Assembly: GCA_018650165.1 (NCBI GenBank)
Contig: JABIGM010000034.1
Span: 1-22,019 of the forward strand
Source of the DNA: Methanobacteriota archaeon
GTDB taxonomy: Archaea; Thermoplasmatota; Poseidoniia; Poseidoniales; Poseidoniaceae
Length of the DNA: 22,019 nt
Direction of reading: 5' to 3'
Below the pieces are notes generated by a model. It saw nothing but the letters and a program-made list of their open reading frames with translations. It was not told the origin of the DNA and made no database searches. Below are positions 6,824 to 15,976 of this stretch, one piece after another; the first letter of the stretch is position 1, and each line of letters starts with the position of its first letter. A program made the position numbers and the translations under genes.

Positions 6824-9103
6824 ATGGGCCGACAGAAATCAACACTAACAACTCCGGTATTGGCAGTATTTCTTGTTTTATTGATGACCTTATCTGGTTG
6901 CACAGGTTTGATTGATGAATCAAAGGATGAAGATGCAGGTTTGATTCTAACACCCGACTTGGGAGACTCAGCAAAACGTTCAATCGGAAGTCCGCATTTA
7001 CAAACATTTGACGGTTGCTTGGAGTTAGAAGAGGCTCTCAAAACCAGTATCGAAGAAGAGACTCGAACAAATCTAATCCAGGCTGTTGATGAAGTATACT
7101 ACTGGGGTGGCGGGTTTTGGATGGAAGATGACATGGAAATGGCGGAAGCAGACGGAGCAACATCATCATCCGAGCCTCCGCAGAAAAGAAGCGAGGGAAC
7201 TGATTTTTCAGGAACCAACAACCAAGAGCAAGGAGTAGACGAAGCAGATTTCGTCAAAACAGATGGCTTTCATATCTATTTCCTCGATGATGGACAACTC
7301 CACATAATGGACGTCCCAGAGTTTGGAGAGATAGAACATGCATCAACAACTCCAATCGAAGGTAGCCCAGTTGCAATGATGTTAAACGAAGACAACCTCG
7401 TAGTGATTTCCACAGTTTCTAGTTGGAGTATTGATTCTAACGACCCATTAGCCAAATCATTGGGGTGGGGCGAAGACTGGTATGGTTGGAGGACAAGCAC
7501 CCTTACTAAGTTCACAGTTTACGATATTTCAAACACCTCTTCCCCTACAGAAAACCGGGAACTTTACATTGAAGGATATTACATGACTGCAAGAGAAGTT
7601 GCCGGGACGGTAAGAACCGTAACCCATACTTGGATGGACATACCAGGCTTACAGACATGGCTTGAATACCCTGAAAATTATTGGGGTTCTGATTACGATG
7701 AAGAAACCCGTAGAACTCTAAGGGAGCAAGCAGCAGCAGCAGCAATAAATCATAACAGAGAAGTGCTAGATCAAATTTCATTACAAGATATTTTACCTCA
7801 GGTCCACGAAAGAATCGGTGACGAAATTACAACACACCATATGAACGGAGAAGATTGCTCAGATTTCGCTGCCCCAGAATCTGCTTTGAACCGCGGCTTC
7901 ACCAGTATATTCACGATAGATTTAGTATCGGACGACTTAGAATTTGAAGCGGACCATATCGTTGGAAATTGGCCATTAGTATATTCTTCTCAAGATACCC
8001 TAATCATTACTGAAAACGCATGGGACTGGTGGTGGTTTTGGGGTAATGATGGTTTGAACGAAGCAACAAATATTCACACATTCGATATTAGCGAAGCAGG
8101 CTCTACAGCCTACACCGGTTCTGGACGAATTGATGGAACCATCCAGAATCAATTTTCAATTTCGGAATACGAAGGAGTGGTAAGAGTAGCTACCACTACT
8201 GGACAATGGGGCAGATGGTGGATGTCAAACCCAGAGCCAATGGAAAGCCACGTAATCACTCTCTCGCACGCCCTAGATCTCGAAACCGGAGAGGAATCAC
8301 TCGTTGAGTTAGGCAGGGTTGATGAAATAGCGTATAATGAAACAATTTGGTCTGCCCGCTTTGTCGAAGACCGAGCATATATTGTTACATTTCAAAATAT
8401 GGACCCTCTATGGACAATAGACCTAAGCGACCCTGCAAACCCACAAATAATGGGCGAATTAGAAGTTCCAGGGGTGTCTACATACATACACCCACTTTCC
8501 GATGCCTCAATCTTAACAATTGGTTTAGGGCCATCTGACATAGAAAACGGAACGGGCCTCGACTGGAGCCATACGCGCTTATCGTTGTTCAATGTCTCGA
8601 ACTTTTCCAATCCACAACTAACACAGACTCTATCGGTTTCTCCGGTTGAAGATCCAGACGAAGGCTGGTCTTGGGCATGGTCTGAAGCAACATGGGAGCA
8701 CAAAGCATTCCAGTATTGGGCTCCAAAAGGAATGCTTGCAATTCCAATGAACACCTATCGTTATGATTACTTTTATGATAGTGCTGGCAACTATCATTAT
8801 GATTATGACTGGGTTAGTAAATTGATGATTGTAAACGTAACAGAAGAGGGACTAGAGATTCATGGTGAAGTTGACCATTCACAGTTTTATGAGACAGATG
8901 AAAACCGCTGGTGGTCATCATACAACATCCGACGTTCAATTTTCATGGGAGATTACATTTATGCAATTTCACATGGAGGAATCACCGTTACTAATTTAGA
9001 AACCCTTGAAGAGAGTGACTCACATCAGTTTACAGTTTTTGAAGATAGTTCCAATGATGTTTCTACAAACGACTCTACCGAAGAGGACAAGGATGAAGGC
9101 TGA
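6824..9103 (+). CDS. Secreted lipoprotein with beta-propeller domain (Beta_propel/COG4880-like)
   Basis: Signal peptide with lipobox LSG-C. Family-typical motifs TNNQEQGVDEADFVKTDG, NQFSISEYEGVVRVATT, ETIWSARF, AYIVTFQNMDPLWTIDLSDP, GELEVPGVSTYIHP and HKAFQY. Confidence 0.85.
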   Translation: MGRQKSTLTTPVLAVFLVLLMTLSGCTGLIDESKDEDAGLILTPDLGDSAKRSIGSPHLQTFDGCLELEEALKTSIEEETRTNLIQAVDEVYYWGGGFWMEDDMEMAEADGATSSSEPPQKRSEGTDFSGTNNQEQGVDEADFVKTDGFHIYFLDDGQLHIMDVPEFGEIEHASTTPIEGSPVAMMLNEDNLVVISTVSSWSIDSNDPLAKSLGWGEDWYGWRTSTLTKFTVYDISNTSSPTENRELYIEGYYMTAREVAGTVRTVTHTWMDIPGLQTWLEYPENYWGSDYDEETRRTLREQAAAAAINHNREVLDQISLQDILPQVHERIGDEITTHHMNGEDCSDFAAPESALNRGFTSIFTIDLVSDDLEFEADHIVGNWPLVYSSQDTLIITENAWDWWWFWGNDGLNEATNIHTFDISEAGSTAYTGSGRIDGTIQNQFSISEYEGVVRVATTTGQWGRWWMSNPEPMESHVITLSHALDLETGEESLVELGRVDEIAYNETIWSARFVEDRAYIVTFQNMDPLWTIDLSDPANPQIMGELEVPGVSTYIHPLSDASILTIGLGPSDIENGTGLDWSHTRLSLFNVSNFSNPQLTQTLSVSPVEDPDEGWSWAWSEATWEHKAFQYWAPKGMLAIPMNTYRYDYFYDSAGNYHYDYDWVSKLMIVNVTEEGLEIHGEVDHSQFYETDENRWWSSYNIRRSIFMGDYIYAISHGGITVTNLETLEESDSHQFTVFEDSSNDVSTNDSTEEDKDEG

Positions 9104-9122
9104 GTCACTATTGGCTTGAATT

Positions 9123-10046
9123 GTGCTCGACGTAGCGATACTTGGTTGCGGCCGGTGGGGCAATAACCACCTCAGAACACTAGCACGCTTACGCGACAGT
9201 GGATTAATCAACAAGATTTCAGTAGTTGATGTATCACAATCTGCTAGAGATAGCGCAACCCAGGCAGACTTCGTTTTCAAATCAATGGACGGAGTTAGTG
9301 CTGACCTTGTCATCGTAGCAACACCCTCCGATCTCCATGCGATACAAGCAAGAGAGTTGATGGCAGCAGGATATCATGTGTTGGTGGAGAAACCACTGGG
9401 GTGCTGCGAAGCTGAAGCAGCCCAAGTTCTGGCTAGTGCACAAGAACATGGGCGCGTAATGGGCGTTGGTTTGCTATTGAGGTTTCATCCAGCAATGTCT
9501 CTTGCTAGGAAGATGTTGGCAAGCGGAACTCTAGGGCGTCTCGAATCACTACGTTTTGTCCGCCGAACAAAACGAACAGCACCTAAAGGAGGAAATGTAA
9601 TCGAAGCATTAGGTGTACACGCAATTGATTTGATGTGTCATATTATGAGCGAATCTGAACCTAGTGCCATCCATGTAGAAGGTGATTTTATTGAGGCAAG
9701 AATCGCTCTCGAGTTCCCCCATGGAATCGAAGCCCTAATCGACATCGGTTGGGAATCAAGTTCAGAGCGTCGAACGGTAACCCTAGTCGGGTCAAACGCA
9801 AACCTTCGTTTTGATTTAGATATTCACGACCGAGCAATACTAATTTGCGATAAAGATGAAACAATAATTCCCTGTGAGGAAAGCCACTCTCCGCTTGAAG
9901 CAGAACTACGTCACATTATCGGTGGCATTGACTCTCATAAAGCCGGAGCGACATGGAGCGCAGTACCTGATTATGGAGCAGCATTACGGGGCGTGCGATG
10001 GACCGAAAGAGCAGTACAAGCCATGTCGATTGTAAGGCCACATTGA
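9123..10046 (+). CDS. Gfo/Idh/MocA family NAD(P)-dependent oxidoreductase
   Basis: Rossmann motif VAILGCGRWG, IVATPSDLH, HVLVEKP and LGVHAID. GTG start 19 nt after the upstream stop. Confidence 0.9.
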   Translation: MLDVAILGCGRWGNNHLRTLARLRDSGLINKISVVDVSQSARDSATQADFVFKSMDGVSADLVIVATPSDLHAIQARELMAAGYHVLVEKPLGCCEAEAAQVLASAQEHGRVMGVGLLLRFHPAMSLARKMLASGTLGRLESLRFVRRTKRTAPKGGNVIEALGVHAIDLMCHIMSESEPSAIHVEGDFIEARIALEFPHGIEALIDIGWESSSERRTVTLVGSNANLRFDLDIHDRAILICDKDETIIPCEESHSPLEAELRHIIGGIDSHKAGATWSAVPDYGAALRGVRWTERAVQAMSIVRPH

Positions 10047-10054
10047 AAAATCGA

Positions 10055-10564
10055 ATGCTTCTCGCCTACACTATGTCCGGCGGCGCCTCGACTGAAGATT
10101 CGGAACCTCTATTCGTTCTCGAACCACTACCAAAACTCTCTGATGCAATAGATTCGTTCACTAGCGCTAACCCATTATTGGTACTAGTTGCTGTGGGCGC
10201 AGTAATTTATTTTCTTGTAAAATTTAATGATCCAATGACGAAGATGTGGACAACATCATCCTTGTCACTGGGACTTGATTACTATGTGACCGAATCTCTC
10301 TTTTTCGCAATGATTTTTACGAGCATCTATGCACTGGTATTTTCCTTGGTATGGGCTGCTATGAGATGGGATGAAGTGAAAGCAGCTTTAGGAATTAATA
10401 ATACTAAGATACTGTCATGGCTTTCTTTCGTTGTATGTACTTGGATTTTAATGATAATGGGTACTGCAATAGGGATGCCGTTGGGGCCAGGTTTAGTAAT
10501 CTGTATTTCAGTTACAGGATACATTTGGTGGACCTATTATTCATTAGAGCCAGTTAGTGCTTAA
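10055..10564 (+). CDS. Hypothetical membrane protein (~4 TM)
   Basis: ATG lies 8 nt after the oxidoreductase stop. Four hydrophobic stretches; no recognised family. Confidence 0.7.
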   Translation: MLLAYTMSGGASTEDSEPLFVLEPLPKLSDAIDSFTSANPLLVLVAVGAVIYFLVKFNDPMTKMWTTSSLSLGLDYYVTESLFFAMIFTSIYALVFSLVWAAMRWDEVKAALGINNTKILSWLSFVVCTWILMIMGTAIGMPLGPGLVICISVTGYIWWTYYSLEPVSA

Positions 10565-10573
10565 TTGCGAAGT

Positions 10574-10604
10574 GTCAAGGACTATGTACGCGCACCTGCG
10601 CGTA
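10574..10604 (+). promoter_or_regulatory. TATA-like box plus perfect 8-bp inverted repeat (candidate operator)
   Basis: GTCAAG at 10574-10579. TACGCGCA-CC-TGCGCGTA at 10587-10604 ends immediately before ATG 10605. Confidence 0.55.
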
Positions 10605-11957
10605 ATGGCAACGTTCTCTAGTCACCCAGTCCTTCCAGAGATTATTGAGAACCTAATAGAGCCTGATGTTCACACATTGTTCTTGAAAGCCGACTGCCCC
10701 CCTCGTACCAAATCAGGTGGAATTGGAAATTTAAGATTAGCCGATGTCGAAGGCGCTGATGATGGAGGATGGGACACTATCCGGCTGGAATCTCTCCAAG
10801 AAGAATTAATTTCTTTGATAGATGAGAACAGGGACCGTTCAGATTGCTTTTTAGAAATAGACCGTAAGGGGTGCCAAGTAATTCAATTAGGAGATTTACG
10901 AATTTCCTGCGCATGGCCACCATTTGCCGATGCGAGGGAAATCACAATTGTCAGACCAGTAGCCAAACTTTCTATTGGCGATTATGAGATCGACCCGAAA
11001 TTAATAGCGCGCTTATCAGACCACCACAGAGGCATATTCATTTGTGGCCGGCCGGGTTCTGGTAAAACCACACTAGCCCAAGCGATTGCAGAATATCTCG
11101 ATGAAGATATAGGGGCGATGGTTAAGACAATGGAAGCTCCAAGAGACCTCCAACTTGCACATAGAATTACCCAATATGCACCCCTGGAGGGAGATTTAGA
11201 AAAAACTGCAGAAATCATATTTTTGGTCAGGCCAGATTTCGTGATTTTTGATGAAGTTAGACGCGCTAGAGATTTTGAAATATTTGCAGATGTTCGTTTG
11301 GCCGGTGTTGGATTATTAGGGGTAACTCACGCCAATTCGGCCTTAGAAGCAATCCAGAGATTAATTGGCAAAGTCGAACTTGGATTAGTAAGTCAAGTAT
11401 TAGACACAATCCTTCACGTTGAAGCGGGAGAAATACAGCAAGTACTAGAATTGAGAATGACCGTCAAAGCACCAAGCGGTATGCAAGAAGAATTAGCAAG
11501 GCCGGTAATCGAAGTTGTAGAGTTCCCTAGTGGAAAAATAACTCATGAAATGTTTGCATTTGGTTCTGAAATAGCGGTTGTACCAGTTAATGGCGCGACA
11601 TCTGGTAACAGCATTTCCCCAATTAACGCATTAGCGAGAGACCAACTGGTTCACAAAATTCGACAGTGGGTAGGCGTACAGTGTGGCGTGAAAATTACAA
11701 GCCCAAATTCGGCTGAAATTTATGCACCCAGGGGGATGGTGGCTACGCTTATCGGTAAAGGAGGAGAAAACATCCGTTCTTTGCAAGAAGAACTAGGTGG
11801 CCTTCGGTTATCGGTATCTCCATTCTCTGAAATGCCAGATGATGTCCAAGTTATGAGCAGCGACCCGTTCGAGAAACAAGATCGCAGAGCCAGAGAATCT
11901 AATGCTTGGGAGAATTCCAATAAAGGCGGCCGAAAATCAAAAGGAAGGCGCCGTTAA
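10605..11957 (+). CDS. PINA/MJ1533-family ATPase with C-terminal KH domain, lacking the N-terminal PIN domain
   Basis: PPFADAREITIVRPV, Walker A GRPGSGKT, KTMEAPRDLQ, RPDFVIFDEVR (Walker B), DVRLAGVGLLGVTHA, VELGLVSQVLDT and KH loop LIGKGG. Confidence 0.88.
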   Translation: MATFSSHPVLPEIIENLIEPDVHTLFLKADCPPRTKSGGIGNLRLADVEGADDGGWDTIRLESLQEELISLIDENRDRSDCFLEIDRKGCQVIQLGDLRISCAWPPFADAREITIVRPVAKLSIGDYEIDPKLIARLSDHHRGIFICGRPGSGKTTLAQAIAEYLDEDIGAMVKTMEAPRDLQLAHRITQYAPLEGDLEKTAEIIFLVRPDFVIFDEVRRARDFEIFADVRLAGVGLLGVTHANSALEAIQRLIGKVELGLVSQVLDTILHVEAGEIQQVLELRMTVKAPSGMQEELARPVIEVVEFPSGKITHEMFAFGSEIAVVPVNGATSGNSISPINALARDQLVHKIRQWVGVQCGVKITSPNSAEIYAPRGMVATLIGKGGENIRSLQEELGGLRLSVSPFSEMPDDVQVMSSDPFEKQDRRARESNAWENSNKGGRKSKGRRR

Positions 11958-12005
11958 TGGATAAATTCCGACAGACTCATCAATAAACAACCCCCGTGGG
12001 GGGAC

Positions 12006-12452
12006 ATGGCCTCTTTACTCGCCCTTGCAATCTTCGCCAGCACACTAACTGCTGTTGCTGATTGGGCGGGATGGCATTTTGTTTGGCGCCATGAGAATTC
12101 ATCCGAAGAAAAAAGCCCTAGTAAACGTACGATTACGAGTATTTTTCTTTCATATTTTCTTCCATTCTTTCCAGCCCTTGCCATTCTACTGGGTCCGGCT
12201 AAATTAGAATTATACAATGATGGATTTGCATTACTTGCAAGTAATATTTTGTTTGTGATGATGGGGATAATTACCGGCGGGGTAGCGGCCAGCGCATGGT
12301 CGGTACGCCGACGGCACCACGAAGAGGAAGATTCGCGAAAATTAATAGATCAACAAGATGTATTGCCAAATCATGCAATGGAGCACTTGTTATGGACTAC
12401 AATAATGTTGATAATTTGCTCGATTTTTTGGTTCTATTTGTTTCTTCGATGA
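12006..12452 (+). CDS. Hypothetical membrane protein (~4 TM)
   Basis: Intact ORF filling the gap between neighbours, with several hydrophobic helices. A CTCATCAA box lies 22 nt upstream. Confidence 0.7.
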   Translation: MASLLALAIFASTLTAVADWAGWHFVWRHENSSEEKSPSKRTITSIFLSYFLPFFPALAILLGPAKLELYNDGFALLASNILFVMMGIITGGVAASAWSVRRRHHEEEDSRKLIDQQDVLPNHAMEHLLWTTIMLIICSIFWFYLFLR

Positions 12453-12491
12453 AAGATGGATTCATGAAGGCGCGTCGGCCCCCCTCATCCA

Positions 12492-14054
12492 ATGGCACAA
12501 GCACCAGATGGCACTGGAACGGCCCCAGTTAGGATTACTAAATCCTCAACGTCGGTCACTAGTGGCGTAGGTGTGACACAGAAATTAGTCGGCGCAGCAA
12601 TTGCTTTTGGAAACGTGCTCAGAGGAACATTCGGTCCAAACGGGCTGGACAAAATGCTCTACAAAACCAACGGCGAAGCAGCAGTAACCAACGATGGCGC
12701 AAAAATAGTTGCAGAATTAATGGTCAAACATCCTGCTGCAAAGGCATTCGTAAGCCTTGCGGAAAATCAAGAAAATGCTTGTGGAGATGGTGTGACAGGA
12801 TGCATTATACTAGCAAGCGAATTAATGAGTGAAGCTGGTAGATTACTGGAGAGGGGACTTCATCCATTGATTCTTGTAAAGGGCTACCAGATGGCACTTA
12901 CATCTACTCTCGAAGTAATTGATTCGCGTTCTTTTTCTTCTAAGGGTCACCTCGAAGAAGTGGCACGAACTTCCTTGGTTGGACGGTTAACAGAAGGCGC
13001 ATTAGACCATCTGGCAAAACTGGTCTCTCAAGCAGTTAATACAATTCCAGATAGTGATTTCGAAAGAGTAAGAATGGCAAAGGATAGCCAAGGAACCCCG
13101 GCAAATTCTCGTTTGATTAATGGTCTGGTTTTAGAAAAACGTCTGGCGTTAGAACGGATGCCATCCAAACTAACATCCTGTAAAGTAGCGATACTGTCTT
13201 GCCCTTTAGAAATCGAACAATCCAAGGTCTCTTCTCAAATTGAAATTAGTACACCGGAGCAATACGAAGCGTTCATCGACGCCGAACAAACTCAAATCGA
13301 ATCAATCACAGCCAAAGTAATCTCTTCTGGTGCCCAAGCAATATTTTGTGCTGAAGGAATAGATCAACGGGTCTTGCATTCTCTAGCGGATGCTGGAATT
13401 TTCGCTTTGGGAGGAATTGAAAAATCAATGGCCGAGGATATTGCAAAAGCATGCGGGGCCATGCTTTGCGACCACGTCGACGATATCTCGGACGAACTGG
13501 GAGAAATAGAAAGCCTTCACCATGAACGCTTAGAAGGCCCAGAAGGAGTTCGTGAAAGGCTGATAATTGAAGTGGGTCCAAAAGCAGGGCTCGTTACTAT
13601 CCTTGTAGGGGGCACAGACGGGATCGCCGCAGACGAAACAATACGTGGCCTTTTCGATTCACTCCGCTCAACCTGCTTGGCAAAAGAAACAGACTTGGTA
13701 ATTCTTGGCGGCGGTAGTTTACACATGGCCGCATCATTGCGTGTACGTGAGGTAGCCGAGAGTTGTTCAGGTCGAGAGCGACTTTCTATGGAAGCGTTTA
13801 GCAGAGCACTCGAGGCAATACCAGCAGCATTGGCAACGAATACTGGAACTGATAGAATCGATGCATTGCTAGAGTTGCGTTCACTCCAACGCTCAGGAAA
13901 TAATTCAGCAGGAATTACGCAATCTGGAGTTCCAGGTACAATTGAAGGAGTATGGCTGCCTTCATACAATATTGAACACTCCATTTCTGCTGCGTGTGAA
14001 TCAGCATGTGGCCTACTACGTGTAGACCAAGTCATTTCAGCACGTGGCGATTGA
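12492..14054 (+). CDS. Thermosome / group II chaperonin subunit (TCP-1/Cpn60 family), divergent paralogue
   Basis: GTFGPNGLDKML, VTNDGAKI, HPAAK, GDGVTG (canonical GDGTTT), GLHP, an apical helical protrusion, LGGGSLH and LLRVDQVI. A TTCATGAAG box lies 22 nt upstream. Confidence 0.92.
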   Translation: MAQAPDGTGTAPVRITKSSTSVTSGVGVTQKLVGAAIAFGNVLRGTFGPNGLDKMLYKTNGEAAVTNDGAKIVAELMVKHPAAKAFVSLAENQENACGDGVTGCIILASELMSEAGRLLERGLHPLILVKGYQMALTSTLEVIDSRSFSSKGHLEEVARTSLVGRLTEGALDHLAKLVSQAVNTIPDSDFERVRMAKDSQGTPANSRLINGLVLEKRLALERMPSKLTSCKVAILSCPLEIEQSKVSSQIEISTPEQYEAFIDAEQTQIESITAKVISSGAQAIFCAEGIDQRVLHSLADAGIFALGGIEKSMAEDIAKACGAMLCDHVDDISDELGEIESLHHERLEGPEGVRERLIIEVGPKAGLVTILVGGTDGIAADETIRGLFDSLRSTCLAKETDLVILGGGSLHMAASLRVREVAESCSGRERLSMEAFSRALEAIPAALATNTGTDRIDALLELRSLQRSGNNSAGITQSGVPGTIEGVWLPSYNIEHSISAACESACGLLRVDQVISARGD

Positions 14055-14105
14055 TGCGGCACGTTCATGAGACTAACACCTATCGCTTCCTTAACGGGTA
14101 CTATC

Positions 14106-15728
14106 ATGGAGCCGACCTCCCGTCCCCGGGCTTTGCTTTCTGTTTACGACAAGACCGGGATTGTTGAATTTGCAAAAGGCCTTTCAGAACTTGGCTATGA
14201 ATTAGTATCAACTGGCGGAACTGCCCGTAAATTACGAGAAGCAGGGCTTGATGTAATTGGAGTATCTGATGTAACTGGTCATCCTGAAATTTTCGATGGT
14301 AGAGTCAAATCTCTACATCCTGCAATCCATGGCCCATTATTATGTAGATTGGAAAGGGAAGATGATGCAAAGGGCCTTTCAGAACTTGGATATACCATGA
14401 TTGAAATCGTTGCATGTAACCTGTATCCGTTTAGTGATGCTGCGGCAACAAAACCCCCGCTGGACGACCCAACCCTCCTAGAAATGGTGGATATTGGCGG
14501 GCCAACAATGGTTAGAGCCTCCGCTAAGAATCATCGTAATGTAGTGATTGCTTGCAACCCAATTGACTACGAGTCAATAGTTTCAGATTTGAAATCAGGC
14601 ACAGTTTCTTTAGAAAGGCGAAGGGAATTAGCCCTCAAGGCCTACGAACATACAGCTGCTTATGATTCAGCAATTGCTAACGAATTGGCTAGTCGCTGGG
14701 TTGGCCTGCCCGAAGACAGTGATGATAAAGACGAGCAAGCCAAACTCCTACCAAAGACCATGACTGCTGCTGCACATAGAATGCAGACGCTGAGGTATGG
14801 GGAGAATTCACACCAAGCAGCAGCCCTCTATGTCGACCCAGGCGCTAATGATGGCGAAACCCTAGTCACTGCTCACGTTGAAGGCGGTAAAGAAATGAGT
14901 TACAACAATTATTCAGATGCCGACGCGACCCTTCGTCTGTGTCGTGCACTATCGACAGATGAGTGGCCAAAAACACCACATGCTTGTGTAATTGTCAAAC
15001 ACAACAATCCCTGTGGCGCCGCTTTAGGAGCGACCCAATTAGAAGCCTATGAAGCAGCCTTAGCAAGCGACCCCGAGAGTGCATTCGGCTCAATCATTTG
15101 TGTAAACGAACCCGTGACGATGGAGTTGGCTCAAGCACTTGCACCACTATTTCTTGAAGTATTGATGGCACCGGCTTATGATGAAGGCACTAAGAACATA
15201 TTAATGGCCAAGAAAAACAGAAGGATCCTTACAATTGATTCCCCCAATCATCGTTTAACCCCACTTCCGAGAAAGACCATCCGTAAACCGATTGAAGGCG
15301 GATGGTTAGTACAAACAGAGGAACCACCAGTTATTGATTGGACTAAAGCAAAAGTGGTTACAGAAAAAACCCCCACAGAAGAGCAGATCGCTTCTATGAA
15401 ATTCGCCGTACGTGTATGCGAACAAGTAAAATCAAACGCTATCGTAATGGTACAAGGCTTAGCAACAGTAGGAATCGGCCCGGGTCAAACAAGCCGCGTC
15501 GAAGCGGTAAAAATCGCTGCTCGCCGCGCCGGTGCCCGTGGCGAAGGGTGTGTATTGGCAAGCGATGCATTTTTCCCCTTCAAAGATGGAATTGAACAAT
15601 CTGCTGAAGCCGGAGCATCTTCTATTGTACAACCTGGCGGTTCGATTAGAGACCAGGAAGTAATCGATGAAGCGAACGCTAGGGGAATTTCAATGCTATT
15701 TACAGGACACAGGCTCTTCCGTCATTAA
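14106..15728 (+). CDS. purH: Bifunctional AICAR formyltransferase / IMP cyclohydrolase
   Basis: RALLSVYDKTG, STGGTA, DGRVKSLHP, CNLYPF, DIGGPTMVRASAKN, LRYGENSHQ, GKEMSYNN, KHNNPCG, KSNAIV, GQTSRV and ASDAFFPF. ATG 14067 is an alternative start. Confidence 0.96.
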   Translation: MEPTSRPRALLSVYDKTGIVEFAKGLSELGYELVSTGGTARKLREAGLDVIGVSDVTGHPEIFDGRVKSLHPAIHGPLLCRLEREDDAKGLSELGYTMIEIVACNLYPFSDAAATKPPLDDPTLLEMVDIGGPTMVRASAKNHRNVVIACNPIDYESIVSDLKSGTVSLERRRELALKAYEHTAAYDSAIANELASRWVGLPEDSDDKDEQAKLLPKTMTAAAHRMQTLRYGENSHQAAALYVDPGANDGETLVTAHVEGGKEMSYNNYSDADATLRLCRALSTDEWPKTPHACVIVKHNNPCGAALGATQLEAYEAALASDPESAFGSIICVNEPVTMELAQALAPLFLEVLMAPAYDEGTKNILMAKKNRRILTIDSPNHRLTPLPRKTIRKPIEGGWLVQTEEPPVIDWTKAKVVTEKTPTEEQIASMKFAVRVCEQVKSNAIVMVQGLATVGIGPGQTSRVEAVKIAARRAGARGEGCVLASDAFFPFKDGIEQSAEAGASSIVQPGGSIRDQEVIDEANARGISMLFTGHRLFRH

Positions 15729-15787
15729 CCAACATAATCGATAAACTATGAGGTCATTAGTTAAGTGATTGCATTCGAGGTACCCTT

Positions 15788-15976
15788 ATGGGGCATTTAA
15801 AGGATATAGGGAAAGGATATTTTTCACACCTCTACGGCGCGTGGAAAATGTCATTTATTTTCTTAATCGGTGCAGTCCGATGTATCTTTCACGGCCTTGT
15901 CCCTAATGTCTACACCAAGTGTGCCCAAGATACAGCAAACAAAGTTAAGCATGAAATTCCAGAATCACTTTCGTGA
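15788..15976 (+). CDS. Small hydrophobic hypothetical protein, DUF6356-like
   Basis: The pattern HLKDIGKGYFSHL...GAVRCIFHGLVP resembles the H..YF.H...HA..P family from memory. A GTTAAG box lies 22 nt upstream. Confidence 0.55.
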   Translation: MGHLKDIGKGYFSHLYGAWKMSFIFLIGAVRCIFHGLVPNVYTKCAQDTANKVKHEIPESLS

